From NCBI RefSeq assembly GCF_018336915.1, contig NZ_CP064923.1, positions 4,950,001 to 4,982,000 of the forward strand: DNA of 32,000 bases. The letters are read 5' to 3'. Numbering within the stretch: position 1 is the first letter of the stretch; each line of letters begins with the position of its first letter. The notes below the pieces were generated by a model. It searched no databases. It had not been told where the DNA came from and saw only the letters and a program-made list of their open reading frames with translations. Both the position numbers and the translations under genes were made by a program. This document shows, one piece after another, positions 1 to 8,867 of this stretch. The DNA comes from Acaryochloris marina S15. Its GTDB lineage: Bacteria; Cyanobacteriota; Cyanobacteriia; Thermosynechococcales; Thermosynechococcaceae.

Positions 1-812
1 GTTATTTATTACTGGCGGCGGAGGGGATGTGGTCAGTCTTAGTCGAAACAGAACCCTGGTTCGCAGGCTGGTGCGGCGTTCTAGTCAACGTTAGCGATAT
101 CTATGCCATGGGCGGTAAACCGATTGCAGTAGTGGATGCCCTCTGGAGTCGGTCCACCGATCAAGCTGAACAGCTGTGGGAAGGAATGAAGGCGGCGTCC
201 AAGGCATTTAATGTACCGATTGTAGGAGGCCATACCCATTGTCATAGTCCTTATGAAGCCCTTTCAGTAGCGATTTTGGGACGGGCACAGCAGTTGATAA
301 CTAGCTTTAATGCCCAACCTGGCGATATCGTATTGCTGGTCACCGATCTCAACGGTCAACCCCATCCTAAATATCCGTTTTGGGATGCAGCAACAATGGC
401 AGAGCCAAAGACACTACAAACCAATCTCAATTTACTCCCCACCCTGGCGGAATCGGGATTATGTGATGCCGGGAAAGACATTAGCATGGGGGGCTTAATA
501 GGTACCTTGTTGATGCTATTAGAAACTTCTGGTTGTGGAGCTGTACTTGACTTAGAATCGATTCCCTATCCTTCGGGTTTAGACTTCAAACAATGGTTGG
601 TGAGTTTCCCTAGTTACGGTTTTTTGCTCAGTGTCAGGCCAGATTGCGTTGAGCCGATTCAGCAATTATTTGAGCCGCATAATATAGTCTGTGCTGCCAT
701 TGGGCAAATCACGCCAGAGCATACATTAACCCTGAAATCTAAAGCTGAGTCCGCTTGCTTCTGGGATTTGAGCCAAGATGCCCTAACTGGATTCTCAAAA
801 TTCAGTTCCTAG
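1..812 (+). CDS. AIR synthase-related (PurM-like) protein, probably sll0787 family; 5'-partial
   Basis: The reading frame is open from the window edge, with no stop in frame 3 before the ATG at 27. The PurM-like pattern is present (DIYAMGGKPI, VGGHT, GKDISMGGL). It sits beside an MSMEG_0565-type glycosyltransferase, the usual neighbour of this family. The family name is from memory of TIGRFAM/NCBI naming. Confidence 0.65.
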   Translation, partial: YLLLAAEGMWSVLVETEPWFAGWCGVLVNVSDIYAMGGKPIAVVDALWSRSTDQAEQLWEGMKAASKAFNVPIVGGHTHCHSPYEALSVAILGRAQQLITSFNAQPGDIVLLVTDLNGQPHPKYPFWDAATMAEPKTLQTNLNLLPTLAESGLCDAGKDISMGGLIGTLLMLLETSGCGAVLDLESIPYPSGLDFKQWLVSFPSYGFLLSVRPDCVEPIQQLFEPHNIVCAAIGQITPEHTLTLKSKAESACFWDLSQDALTGFSKFSS

Positions 813-874
813 CCTTGTGCCTCTTGATTTTATGATTTTGGGTTTAAGGAATCTGAAGTTATTCTTTCCAAAAA

Positions 875-1924
875 CTACGGCAGGCTATACCATGCACCCC
901 GCCCACTCCCATGCAATACCAGTAAGTTTTGCTTAAGTAAACTCTTGAAGTGCGACTTGAGTGTGTTTCGACTCGCTCCAGTTAAAACCACAGCATCGCT
1001 CATGGTAATACGACCGTGGTTTCGGGCCTGGTCCAGAATTTGCACTGACAGATTTGGCAACTTTGCCAATAGCAGTTTTTCTCGTCCGACTTTTTCACGA
1101 AGCCCTAGCATCTGACGCTGGAGTGCTCTTAGGAAAAACAATAGCCATGGTGTCCAGTTAGGGGTATTGGTGCGAATAGTTCCCTGAGTTTGGCGCAATG
1201 CCAGATAATAGTCTTCTTTATTCTGTTCGACAATGCTCTCAAGTGAGCTATAAGGCACATAAGCATAGCCTGCTTGAAGTAACAATAATGTTGTCAGTAC
1301 TCGGCTCAGACGACCGTTACCATCCTGAAAAGGATGAATCTCCAAAAACACAACGGTAAAAAGGCCAATGGTTATCAGGGGGTGAAGCGCCTTATCTTGA
1401 GTCGTAGTATTAAACTCATCAATCAGTTCTGCCATGAAACGGGGAGTATCAAATGGAGTGGCCGTTTCAAATACAATGCCAATGGGTTGTCCATCTACAT
1501 CAAAAGCAGCAACGCTGTTAGAAGAGGTTTTGTAATTGCCTCGATGCCAGTTATCTTTGGCGCTATACCGTAGTAAATCACGATGAAGTTGTTTGAGATG
1601 GTTCTCTGTCATCGAAATCGCTGTCCATGACGAGAAAACAGTCTCCATCACCTCCGCATAACCTGCAACCTCCTGCTGATCCCGACTGGTAAATGACTGA
1701 ATCTCTAGATTGGACAGAAGTTGCTCAACTTCTCGATCAGAAAGTCTGCTGCCCTCGATCCGAGTTGAGGAGCCAATGCTCTCGATAGTAGCCACATGGC
1801 GAAGTGCTGAAAGTCTTTCTGGTGCAAGGGAACCGAGAGCACGCCAAGCGCCCTTGAATTCATCAATCTCGGCAATCAGCAAAAGCATTTCTTGACTGAT
1901 TTGTAGTGAGGTAGTATCGAACAT
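875..1924 (-). CDS. Fic family protein (AMPylase-type), class II with an N-terminal inhibitory helix and a C-terminal wHTH-like tail
   Basis: The canonical Fic motif HPFQDGNGRLSR is present. The upstream inhibitory motif (S/T)xxxE(G/N) appears as STRIEG. I prefer the ATG at 1924 (MFDTT..., GGAG just upstream). The track start, GTG at 1939, is also possible. Confidence 0.85.
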   Translation of the reverse strand: MFDTTSLQISQEMLLLIAEIDEFKGAWRALGSLAPERLSALRHVATIESIGSSTRIEGSRLSDREVEQLLSNLEIQSFTSRDQQEVAGYAEVMETVFSSWTAISMTENHLKQLHRDLLRYSAKDNWHRGNYKTSSNSVAAFDVDGQPIGIVFETATPFDTPRFMAELIDEFNTTTQDKALHPLITIGLFTVVFLEIHPFQDGNGRLSRVLTTLLLLQAGYAYVPYSSLESIVEQNKEDYYLALRQTQGTIRTNTPNWTPWLLFFLRALQRQMLGLREKVGREKLLLAKLPNLSVQILDQARNHGRITMSDAVVLTGASRNTLKSHFKSLLKQNLLVLHGSGRGAWYSLP

Positions 1925-2003
1925 GCTCCATTTATACACCCATTTACACCCAATTAAATCAGCGTTAAAAGCAAGCTATCTAACATTGACTCAGCTAACC
2001 CAA

Positions 2004-3164
2004 ATGGCCAATCCATCACTCTCAATTGCACTGCTCACCTATGCCACCAAACCACGGGGCAGTGTTATCCATACCCTAGAACTGGCAGCAGCGCTCACTG
2101 CTTTGGGCCATCAGGCTTGTGTTTATGCCCTGGATAAAGATGGGAAAGGATTTGAACGAGCCCTACCTCATCCCGTGCAGCTTATCCCCGCTCAAGCTGC
2201 ACCTGCCGACATTGATGCCTTAATCCAGCAACGCATTCAAGAATTTGTAGAGTTCTTAGCGGATCATCCTCATCACCACGATATCTATCATGCTCAGGAT
2301 TGCATTAGCGCTAATGCCTTAATCCAACTGCGCCAAAAGCAGCATCTTCCCCACGTGGTTCGCACCGTCCACCATATTGAAGATTTCCAGAGTCCCTATT
2401 TGCAGCAGTGCCAAGATCGCTCGATTCGAGACCCAGATTTATGTTTATGCGTCAGTGATCACTGGCAAGAGAGACTCGCCGCTGAGTATCAGATCACAGC
2501 TCCCCGCGTGACCAATGGCGTTAATTTAGAGCGGTTTTCTTCCACGACCACTGGACAAGAATTTGCTCTTAAACAGACATTGGGCTTAACTGGATCTCCC
2601 ATTTATCTGACGGTGGGCGGGATCGAACCACGCAAAAACTCCATCCGTTTACTGACAGCATTTGCCCAAGTGTTACAGCAAACTCCTCAAGCTCAGCTTG
2701 TCATTGTAGGAGGTGCGACCCTGTTTGACTACCAAGATTATCGAGACCAGTTTTTTCAACAAGTTCAGGCCTTGCAGATCGAGATTGGACGGTCTCTGAT
2801 TTTGCCGGGAGTCGTGTCTGATATCGATCTTTCAGTTCTGTATCGTTGCGCAGATGCCTTTTGTTTTCCGTCTTTGAAAGAGGGGTGGGGGTTGGTAGTT
2901 TTGGAAGCGATCGCATCTGGGTTACCGCTTCTCCTCTCAGATCAACCGCCTTTTACTGAATTTTTAGGTAGGGAACAAGCCGTTTGGGTCAACCCCCAAG
3001 ACACCAATCATATTGCTGAGGGCATGCGAACCCTTGATCCGTCCCATGACAGCCCATCTGCAATTTCCATAGCCACCCAGATATTGGATCAGTACTCCTG
3101 GCATCAGTCTGCCCTTTGCCATATTGAGCAGTATCACCGTTTACTAGATCACGGCATAAACTGA
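2004..3164 (+). CDS. GT4 glycosyltransferase, probably MSMEG_0565 family
   Basis: The N-terminus IALLTYATKPRGSVIHTLELAAAL and the C-terminal motif FPSLKEGWGLVVLEA (E-x7-E type) fit GT-B/GT4. The start is set at ATG 2004 (MANPSL...). The 27-codon extension in the track overlaps the Fic start region. Confidence 0.75.
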   Translation: MANPSLSIALLTYATKPRGSVIHTLELAAALTALGHQACVYALDKDGKGFERALPHPVQLIPAQAAPADIDALIQQRIQEFVEFLADHPHHHDIYHAQDCISANALIQLRQKQHLPHVVRTVHHIEDFQSPYLQQCQDRSIRDPDLCLCVSDHWQERLAAEYQITAPRVTNGVNLERFSSTTTGQEFALKQTLGLTGSPIYLTVGGIEPRKNSIRLLTAFAQVLQQTPQAQLVIVGGATLFDYQDYRDQFFQQVQALQIEIGRSLILPGVVSDIDLSVLYRCADAFCFPSLKEGWGLVVLEAIASGLPLLLSDQPPFTEFLGREQAVWVNPQDTNHIAEGMRTLDPSHDSPSAISIATQILDQYSWHQSALCHIEQYHRLLDHGIN

Positions 3165-3436
3165 AGCATCCGCACCTTGGGGTCGGTCAGATCTTGATAG
3201 TCTTGAGCACGAGTTTCTAGGGATTGGAGCTGGCCCAAAGCCAAACCACAAGGCATACCATACTTAGCCTTCACCCGATCACTACCCATCGTCAACGCCG
3301 TGCGAGATCGAGTCATAAAGTCATCCAAGTCATAGGTATTTCCTGGTTCCAGATAGTCTTTCACCACCAAGGAAGGGGAATAGCAGGTTTCTTGGGTACC
3401 GTCGGGCCATTGAATTTGAAAACGAGTTTCAGGCAT
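3149..3436 (-). CDS. Small MSMEG_0570-family protein (NCBI name: nitrogen starvation response protein)
   Basis: The 95-aa ORF starts MPETRFQIQWPDGTQETCYSPSLVVKDYL, which matches my memory of this family. It co-occurs with sll0787- and MSMEG_0565-type genes. It converges on the glycosyltransferase and overlaps it by 16 nt. Confidence 0.55.
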   Translation of the reverse strand: MPETRFQIQWPDGTQETCYSPSLVVKDYLEPGNTYDLDDFMTRSRTALTMGSDRVKAKYGMPCGLALGQLQSLETRAQDYQDLTDPKVRMLQFMP

Positions 3437-3518
3437 GGATTCGTTGCTTCTCGTGAATTGACAGGGATGGAAATTTTTTCCACTTTTTACGTTATCGGCG
3501 CAGTGAGAATCGCAAGTT

Positions 3519-3532
3519 GTACCTGCCGATAC
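3519..3532. promoter_or_regulatory. NtcA-type box GTA-N8-TAC (GTACCTGCCGATAC)
   Basis: The sequence matches the GTAN8TAC consensus exactly. On the minus strand a TAN3T -10 candidate (TAACGT, 3494-3489) lies 24 nt downstream, about 50 nt before the start codon at 3436. Confidence 0.4.
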
Positions 3533-3622
3533 AAAGTAAGGAGTCCTTTTTTAATTCAATAAAAAGGGGCCAAAGAATCTGTTCTCCTGAATCTCATCCA
3601 TCAGCAAACATCACGCCGCACC

Positions 3623-5032
3623 TTGCTAAATTCTGTTCAATTATTATTCGATCTTCAGGATGTCAATGTCATTGGCCAGAGTATTTCTGGTTGCTTAGAT
3701 CCAGAAGACATTGCCCGTCGAGTCACAGAAGCCCTAGTAGAGCGTTTTAAGTGCGCCTTTGCTCGCTTATGGCTGGCGGATACCGATCAGCAAGCCCTTA
3801 CTCTAGTGGCCTCTGCTGGGTTATATACCCATACCAATGGCTCCTTTGCCCATGTACCGATGGGTGCCTATAAGGTGGGCAAGATTGCCCAAAATCGGGT
3901 GCCTTTTTTAAGTAATTATCTGCCTGATGAATCCTGGGTAAAGGATCGGGACTGGGCTATTACCAATCGGATTCAAGGGTTTGCCGGATATCCCCTGATG
4001 GCGGGTGATCGCGTGTTAGGGGTCCTCGCAACTTTTAGCCATGACGCTTTGGCCCCAGAATTTCTCGAAGTGCTGCAAATGCTTTGTCTCACCACCACCA
4101 TTGCCTTAGATGCCGCCCTTCAGGCTCAAAAAACGGTTCCTAAGCGCATGGCCCAAAGTGGGACGATCGCCCTCTCCGATCAGCTTGCGAAAGTTCTGAC
4201 CTCCACCCAGTTAATGCTAGTGGGAACGGAACGAGAACTCCCGGCTTCCATGGCCTATGCCTTGCTGCGAGGGGTGGAGTTATTAACCCAATTGGACTGT
4301 AGCTATTGCCGCTTGACCTATGACGACATGGCCGTATCGTTGGATGCGATTGCAATCTCTCCCCCTTATATCCATGAAGATCTGCTAGAGCGAACCACCT
4401 CACCCTTGGCAGAGCTACAACGCATGGCCCTATGGCTAGGAGGGACGTTGACCACTCACCCGGATCCCCAAGATCGCGTGTTCGAGCTGACCTTAACCCT
4501 GCCCTATGGAGCAGAACTCAAGCATTTATCGGTATCAGTCCAGTGTCAACAGTCTGTCTTGCAACTGGCATTTACCCACCTATGCTTGCAAGCAGGCTTA
4601 AATCTGAGGGAGATGCCATCTGCTCCAACGGCAGCATCAGAAACTCAAGGAATTCTTCTGACGGATCGTCTGGATGCAACCCCGTCTAACTCACCCATCA
4701 TTTGGATTCAACATTCCTCTCGGGGACAGATTCCCGCTGCGGCTCAAGCGGTGGTGACACTAGATATCATTCCCCAGCAACTTTATACAGTCGTGGCTCA
4801 AGTCTCTCAAGGCCAAGCAGCATTACCTGAGCTGATCGCTCCTGCCTTATCCGACCGAGAACAGGAAATTATGCGGTTGCTATCTCAAGGGCTGAGAGAT
4901 CGCGATATTGCTAACCGATTGCATATCAGCGAAAGTACGGTTCGGTTTCATGTCAGCAACACATTGACCAAGTTAAAGGCCAAAAATCGATATCAAGCGG
5001 TCTATGAAGCCACGAGTCGAGCGTGGATCTAG
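3623..5032 (+). CDS. GAF domain / LuxR-type HTH transcriptional regulator
   Basis: The N-terminal ~160 aa are GAF-like (RLWLADTDQQALTLVASAG...GYPLMAGDRVLGVLATFS). The C-terminus is a LuxR/FixJ HTH (LSDREQEIMRLLSQGLRDRDIANRLHISESTVRFHVSNTLTKL). The start is TTG, so the exact start is uncertain. Confidence 0.8.
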   Translation: MLNSVQLLFDLQDVNVIGQSISGCLDPEDIARRVTEALVERFKCAFARLWLADTDQQALTLVASAGLYTHTNGSFAHVPMGAYKVGKIAQNRVPFLSNYLPDESWVKDRDWAITNRIQGFAGYPLMAGDRVLGVLATFSHDALAPEFLEVLQMLCLTTTIALDAALQAQKTVPKRMAQSGTIALSDQLAKVLTSTQLMLVGTERELPASMAYALLRGVELLTQLDCSYCRLTYDDMAVSLDAIAISPPYIHEDLLERTTSPLAELQRMALWLGGTLTTHPDPQDRVFELTLTLPYGAELKHLSVSVQCQQSVLQLAFTHLCLQAGLNLREMPSAPTAASETQGILLTDRLDATPSNSPIIWIQHSSRGQIPAAAQAVVTLDIIPQQLYTVVAQVSQGQAALPELIAPALSDREQEIMRLLSQGLRDRDIANRLHISESTVRFHVSNTLTKLKAKNRYQAVYEATSRAWI

Positions 5033-5073
5033 CAACGTTGCAGACAGTTCATGATCCGTCTTAGATAGCAAAA

Positions 5074-5736
5074 TTAAGTTGATGCCTCAGCATTATTCTC
5101 TATCCAACCTTTTAGTTCTCGGAGTGCCTGAGCCTCACCCACCGTTTTACCCTGTTGCAAAAAGTGGTAGAAAACCTCTTTCGGTACCCACGGAAAAGTA
5201 GGACTAAGATCCACCTCTTGGTACTGATTTTGCTCAAGCTGGTAGATGGTCAATACTGAACCGTTAAATCGCCAAAACTCGGGCACGCCTAGACTGGCGT
5301 AGAGGTTGTTTTTATCGATATCTGCATGGGTAATATCGACTTCTACCACTAAGTCAGGGGGTGGATCTTTTTCTAAATCCACGGTTCTGCCTCGAACGCA
5401 GGGCTCGTTTTGGATGTAATAGCATTTGTCTGGTTCGGCTCCTTTCTGCAAGGTTTGGCGACGGAGGGTGGTGGAAGCCATGCTTTTAATATTGAGGCCG
5501 CTTTCAATCACTAATGCTTTGATAAAGTCACCAATCACATCGCTGGGATTTTCATGGGCTTCTAAAGGGACCATAAACTCTAGTAGACCTTGGTCATAGT
5601 GCAACCGAACGGCTCGATGTTCGCCAAAGGTATCCAGTAATTTTTCATAAGTGTCCCAAGACACGTTGGTCAATGTGAGGCGCTGCTCAGCAGGTTTTGT
5701 CTCAATTGTTTCAGGTACAGGTAGCTGAGTTTGCAT
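5074..5736 (-). CDS. Uma2 family (DUF820) endonuclease
   Basis: The typical Uma2 pattern is present: N-terminal ...YEKLL...R..L.YD.G.LEFM.P, and the catalytic-region motif PDLVVEVD...D...K...Y...GVPEFW. Confidence 0.8.
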   Translation of the reverse strand: MQTQLPVPETIETKPAEQRLTLTNVSWDTYEKLLDTFGEHRAVRLHYDQGLLEFMVPLEAHENPSDVIGDFIKALVIESGLNIKSMASTTLRRQTLQKGAEPDKCYYIQNEPCVRGRTVDLEKDPPPDLVVEVDITHADIDKNNLYASLGVPEFWRFNGSVLTIYQLEQNQYQEVDLSPTFPWVPKEVFYHFLQQGKTVGEAQALRELKGWIENNAEAST

Positions 5737-5794
5737 GATCTCTAGACTCCTGGGTCTTCACCTCTTCCAGCATAAGCGGTGAAATTTATGTTGC

Positions 5795-5824
5795 AAAAAA
5801 AATCACTCATCTATGACAGATGAG
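5795..5824 (-). terminator. Rho-independent terminator (minus strand)
   Basis: On the minus strand: a 7-bp stem CTCATCT/AGATGAG (5806-5812 / 5818-5824), a 5-nt loop, then TGATTTTTTTT (the A-run at 5795-5802 on the plus strand). It lies just downstream of the ORF ending at 5866. Confidence 0.5.
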
Positions 5825-5865
5825 CGAGAGGAGAGTGCTATTACCCAATGAAAGATTTGAAATCT

Positions 5866-6186
5866 TTAGCAAGGTTCTGGAATCGAATGCTGCATTGAGC
5901 TTGGATTACTGCTAGATAAATTAAAACCAAAGCTTTTGGTTGTCTGCAAAGGTGTTGAACCCGCCTGTTGAGTGTAAGCAGCCATCTGCTCCACTGGAGA
6001 ATATCCCTCGGTTCTTAGGACTGAACCGAGTACTTTGCCTGCGATCGCAAATGAAATAAGGACAAGCATGGGATAACTCTCAACTGGCTGTAGAAAACGA
6101 TTAGGGCAACAAGACGGCAAACAAAATGTATCTTTATGTAAATCAATATAACAGCTATGTAAACAAAACGCAATATAAGTTGACAT
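5866..6186 (-). CDS. Hypothetical small protein; may start at ATG 6069, giving a 67-aa single-TM protein
   Basis: Support comes only from the ORF and the downstream terminator. There is a hydrophobic segment (MLVLISFAIAGKVLGSVL). I recognise no family. Confidence 0.3.
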   Translation of the reverse strand: MSTYIAFCLHSCYIDLHKDTFCLPSCCPNRFLQPVESYPMLVLISFAIAGKVLGSVLRTEGYSPVEQMAAYTQQAGSTPLQTTKSFGFNLSSSNPSSMQHSIPEPC

Positions 6187-6244
6187 AGTATTTTTTTCTT
6201 GCTAAGCAGTTTTACTTAGTCACCCAAAAACCATGGAACTTGAC

Positions 6245-6266
6245 ATCTACCTACTAGATGGTAGAT
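6245..6266. promoter_or_regulatory. Operator-like palindrome ATCTACCtaCTAGatGGTAGAT abutting a TTGACA -35 (6240-6245)
   Basis: A near-perfect 22-bp dyad overlaps the first ATG of the TetR ORF. A second copy lies at 6864-6883. Confidence 0.55.
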
Positions 6267-6848
6267 ACTCAAAATATGGAAAAGAACACTGCCACTCAAA
6301 TCCTAGATGTTGCTCAAGAGATGGTGCGGAATCGAGGCTATAGCGCCTTTAGTTACGCTGATATCTCTAAGCAAGTTGGGATTCGCAAAGCCAGTATTCA
6401 CTATCACTTTCCTTCCAAGGATGAGTTGGTGAAAGAACTGGTGAAGCGATATCGGGAAGGCATGATGCGGGCCTGCGATCGCATTACCCAATCCAACACC
6501 AAACCCGATCAGCAGATGTTTCAATTCGCCCATCTCTATCGCAATGGCTTAGAAGAAAAGCAAATCTGTCTCTGTGCCATGTTGGCCGCAGACTATGAGG
6601 TGCTTCCCCAGCCTGTCCGGGACGAGATTCAAACCTTCTTTCACGAGACCGAGGCTTGGCTCACAACCTTACTCCAACAGGGATGTGATGCCCAACATTG
6701 GACCTGCCAGCCCTCCGTCGAACAAGAAGCCAAAGGTTTGATTGCCATGCTCCAAGGAGCCCAGTTACTAGCCCGTTCTGCAGCGGGCACTGCCACCTTC
6801 GAGCAAGTGGTTTATCCACTCTTAGCAGCCAAGTTTCCCAGTCGCTAA
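6258..6848 (+). CDS. TetR/AcrR family transcriptional regulator
   Basis: The N-terminal TetR HTH is present (GYSAFSYADISKQVGIRKASIHYHFPSKDEL). The true start may be ATG 6276, because the palindrome/promoter covers 6258. Confidence 0.85.
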   Translation: MVDTQNMEKNTATQILDVAQEMVRNRGYSAFSYADISKQVGIRKASIHYHFPSKDELVKELVKRYREGMMRACDRITQSNTKPDQQMFQFAHLYRNGLEEKQICLCAMLAADYEVLPQPVRDEIQTFFHETEAWLTTLLQQGCDAQHWTCQPSVEQEAKGLIAMLQGAQLLARSAAGTATFEQVVYPLLAAKFPSR

Positions 6849-6863
6849 ATTTTTTTTCTCATC

Positions 6864-6883
6864 ATCTACCTACTAGTAGGTAT
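6864..6883. promoter_or_regulatory. Second copy of the operator-like palindrome (ATCTACCTACTAGTAGGTAT; perfect 14-bp core ACCTACTAGTAGGT at 6868-6881)
   Basis: It shares ATCTACCTACTAG with the site at 6245. It lies about 40 bp upstream of the SDR start and is followed by the AT-rich stretch TATTTAAAAT. Confidence 0.55.
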
Positions 6884-6921
6884 TTAAAATCAATTCACCC
6901 ATTTAATTAAAGGAGTTCATC

Positions 6922-7704
6922 ATGTCTCAATCATTTGCAGGTCAAAAACTGATCGTCGTGGGTGGCACTAGCGGCATGGGCAAAGCAGTTGCCCGGATCG
7001 TCCTTGAGAATGGGGGTTCTGCCGTTTTGATCGGTCGTCAACCAGCCAAACTCCATGCAGCCGTTGAAGAGTTGAAAGCCTATGGCCCTGTTTCAGGGGA
7101 GCAAACCGATATTGCCAAACCAGAAGCCCGACAAGCTCTGATCGCCCGCCTCAATCAATCCCATGCGGATGCCACCCTATTGGTCAATGCCGCCGGAGTC
7201 TTTCTGCCCAAGCCCTTTCTGGAGTATGAAGAAGCAGACTACGATCTCTATCATGACCTCAACAAAGCCACCTTTTTTATTACCCAAGCTGTCGCCCAGA
7301 ACATCATCCACCGCCATCAAAAAGGAGCCATCGTTAATGTCGGTTCCATGTGGGCCAAGCAAGCCGTGCAGGCCACACCTTCTTCGGCTTACTCCATGGC
7401 CAAAGCCGGACTACATTCCCTAACCCAGCATTTAGCGATAGAGCTGGCCGATAAAAAGATTCGAGTCAATGCCGTCTCCCCAGCCGTCGTAGAAACCCCC
7501 ATCTATGAAGGGTTTATTCCCAAAGACAACGTTCACGACGCCTTGCAGGGTTTCAATAGCTTCCATCCCATTGGTCGTGTGGGCAAACCTGAAGATATTG
7601 CAGAGACCATTGCCTTCTTACTGTCTGATAAAACCAGCTGGGCGACAGGTGCCGTATGGGATGTTGACGGTGGTGTGATGGCAGGTCGGAACCAGTACAA
7701 CTAA
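6922..7704 (+). CDS. SDR family oxidoreductase
   Basis: Cofactor motif [11 protein letters not shown], catalytic YSMAKAG (YxxxK), and an AGGAG RBS upstream. Confidence 0.9.
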   Translation: MSQSFAGQKLIVVGGTSGMGKAVARIVLENGGSAVLIGRQPAKLHAAVEELKAYGPVSGEQTDIAKPEARQALIARLNQSHADATLLVNAAGVFLPKPFLEYEEADYDLYHDLNKATFFITQAVAQNIIHRHQKGAIVNVGSMWAKQAVQATPSSAYSMAKAGLHSLTQHLAIELADKKIRVNAVSPAVVETPIYEGFIPKDNVHDALQGFNSFHPIGRVGKPEDIAETIAFLLSDKTSWATGAVWDVDGGVMAGRNQYN

Positions 7705-7764
7705 GGCCAGTGGAGATTCAAACACTCCGCTGACAGCACAAACAACCTATTGGAGGTAGGCACC

Positions 7765-8445
7765 ATGAAAATTCACGCGGATCTGACTCAACGGGCTGTC
7801 GTCCATAGCGAAACCTTACCCTGGGTCGAGTCCCCCATGGCAGGAGTTCAACGTCGAATGTTAGAGCGGGATGGTAAGGAAGTTGCGCGGGCCACCTCTA
7901 TCGTGCGATATGCCCCCGGCAGTGCCTTCTCTGCCCACACCCACAGAGGTGGCGAAGAATATATTGTCCTAAACGGGGTGTTCTCCGATGAGCATGGAGA
8001 CTTTGGCCCCGGCACTTATGTCCGCAATCCTGTGGGGTCTAGCCACACCCCCCATAGCAAAGAGGGGGCAACGATCCTAGTCAAACTATGGCAAATGGAC
8101 CCAGCCGATCAACAGCAGGTTGTCATTGATACGACTCAAACGGAGTGGGTGCCGGGTTTAGTGCCTGGATTGCAGGTGCTACCGCTGCATACCCACGGTA
8201 CTGAGCAGGTGGCCTTCGTAAAGTGGGCACCGGGGACGAAGTTCCAAACCCACCAGCACTGGGGCGGTGAAGAAATCTTTGTCATCGAAGGCACCTTTGC
8301 CGACGACCAGGGAGTTTATCCCCAGGGGACTTGGCTACGCAATCCATCAGGCAGCATCCATACCCCCTTTAGTGAAGAAGGCTGTCTAATTTATGTCAAA
8401 ACGGGACATTTAGATCACGTCTATCACCCAGGAGAATCATCATGA
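7765..8445 (+). CDS. Bicupin protein, ChrR-like cupin (Cupin_7-type) repeated twice
   Basis: There are two repeats of the ...HTH.GGEE..VL.G.F.D..G.....Y.RNP.GS.HTP.S pattern. ATG 7765 is preceded by GGAGG, so the TTG at 7750 in the track is unlikely. Confidence 0.75.
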   Translation: MKIHADLTQRAVVHSETLPWVESPMAGVQRRMLERDGKEVARATSIVRYAPGSAFSAHTHRGGEEYIVLNGVFSDEHGDFGPGTYVRNPVGSSHTPHSKEGATILVKLWQMDPADQQQVVIDTTQTEWVPGLVPGLQVLPLHTHGTEQVAFVKWAPGTKFQTHQHWGGEEIFVIEGTFADDQGVYPQGTWLRNPSGSIHTPFSEEGCLIYVKTGHLDHVYHPGESS

Positions 8446-8828
8446 TTTCAGTCCAAGTTGCCTCCAATCATTCCCGGTATGGTCAAGACATTTCCATTCG
8501 CCATCTGCACCTGGCTGCAGATGAACCTCCTGCCCTAGGAGGTGATGATGTTGGCCCCACCCCCACGGAATTGATTTTGGCAGGATTAGGTTCATGTAAA
8601 GCAATTACCCTGCAAATGTATGCTGAGCGCAAAGGGTGGAAGCTAGAGTCTGTGGCGGTGGAGTTGAGTTACGACTCGGATGTTCAACAGCCCACCATCC
8701 AGGCCAAGCTCACTCTCGAAGGTGACCTCGATGAGCAGCAACGCCAGCGGCTCCGAGACATTAGCGATCGTTGCCCAGTCCATAAACTCCTGACTAATCC
8801 AGTCGCTATCCAGACACAACTCGCCTAA
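8442..8828 (+). CDS. OsmC/Ohr family peroxiredoxin-like protein
   Basis: Motifs GPTPTELILAGLGSC and ...RCPVHKLL. The start overlaps the upstream stop (ATGA), which suggests translational coupling. Confidence 0.85.
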   Translation: MISVQVASNHSRYGQDISIRHLHLAADEPPALGGDDVGPTPTELILAGLGSCKAITLQMYAERKGWKLESVAVELSYDSDVQQPTIQAKLTLEGDLDEQQRQRLRDISDRCPVHKLLTNPVAIQTQLA

Positions 8829-8867
8829 TACTCTAATCATCTGTCCCACCCACTGAAGGAGACTGTT

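Noticed and set aside
1923-2003. N-terminal extensions given by the track for the glycosyltransferase (1923), FBP/SBPase (24975), rpoZ (20853), yghU (15344), bicupin (7750), paralog 1 (10221) and VOC (19067)
   Set aside because: The internal ATG starts give the canonical family N-termini and/or have better RBSs. The extensions overlap neighbouring genes or promoters.
3224-3750. ORFs 3224-3562 (112 aa) and 3517-3750 (77 aa)
   Set aside because: The first is antisense to the MSMEG_0570-type gene and runs through the intergenic promoter region. The second overlaps the start of the GAF-LuxR gene out of frame.
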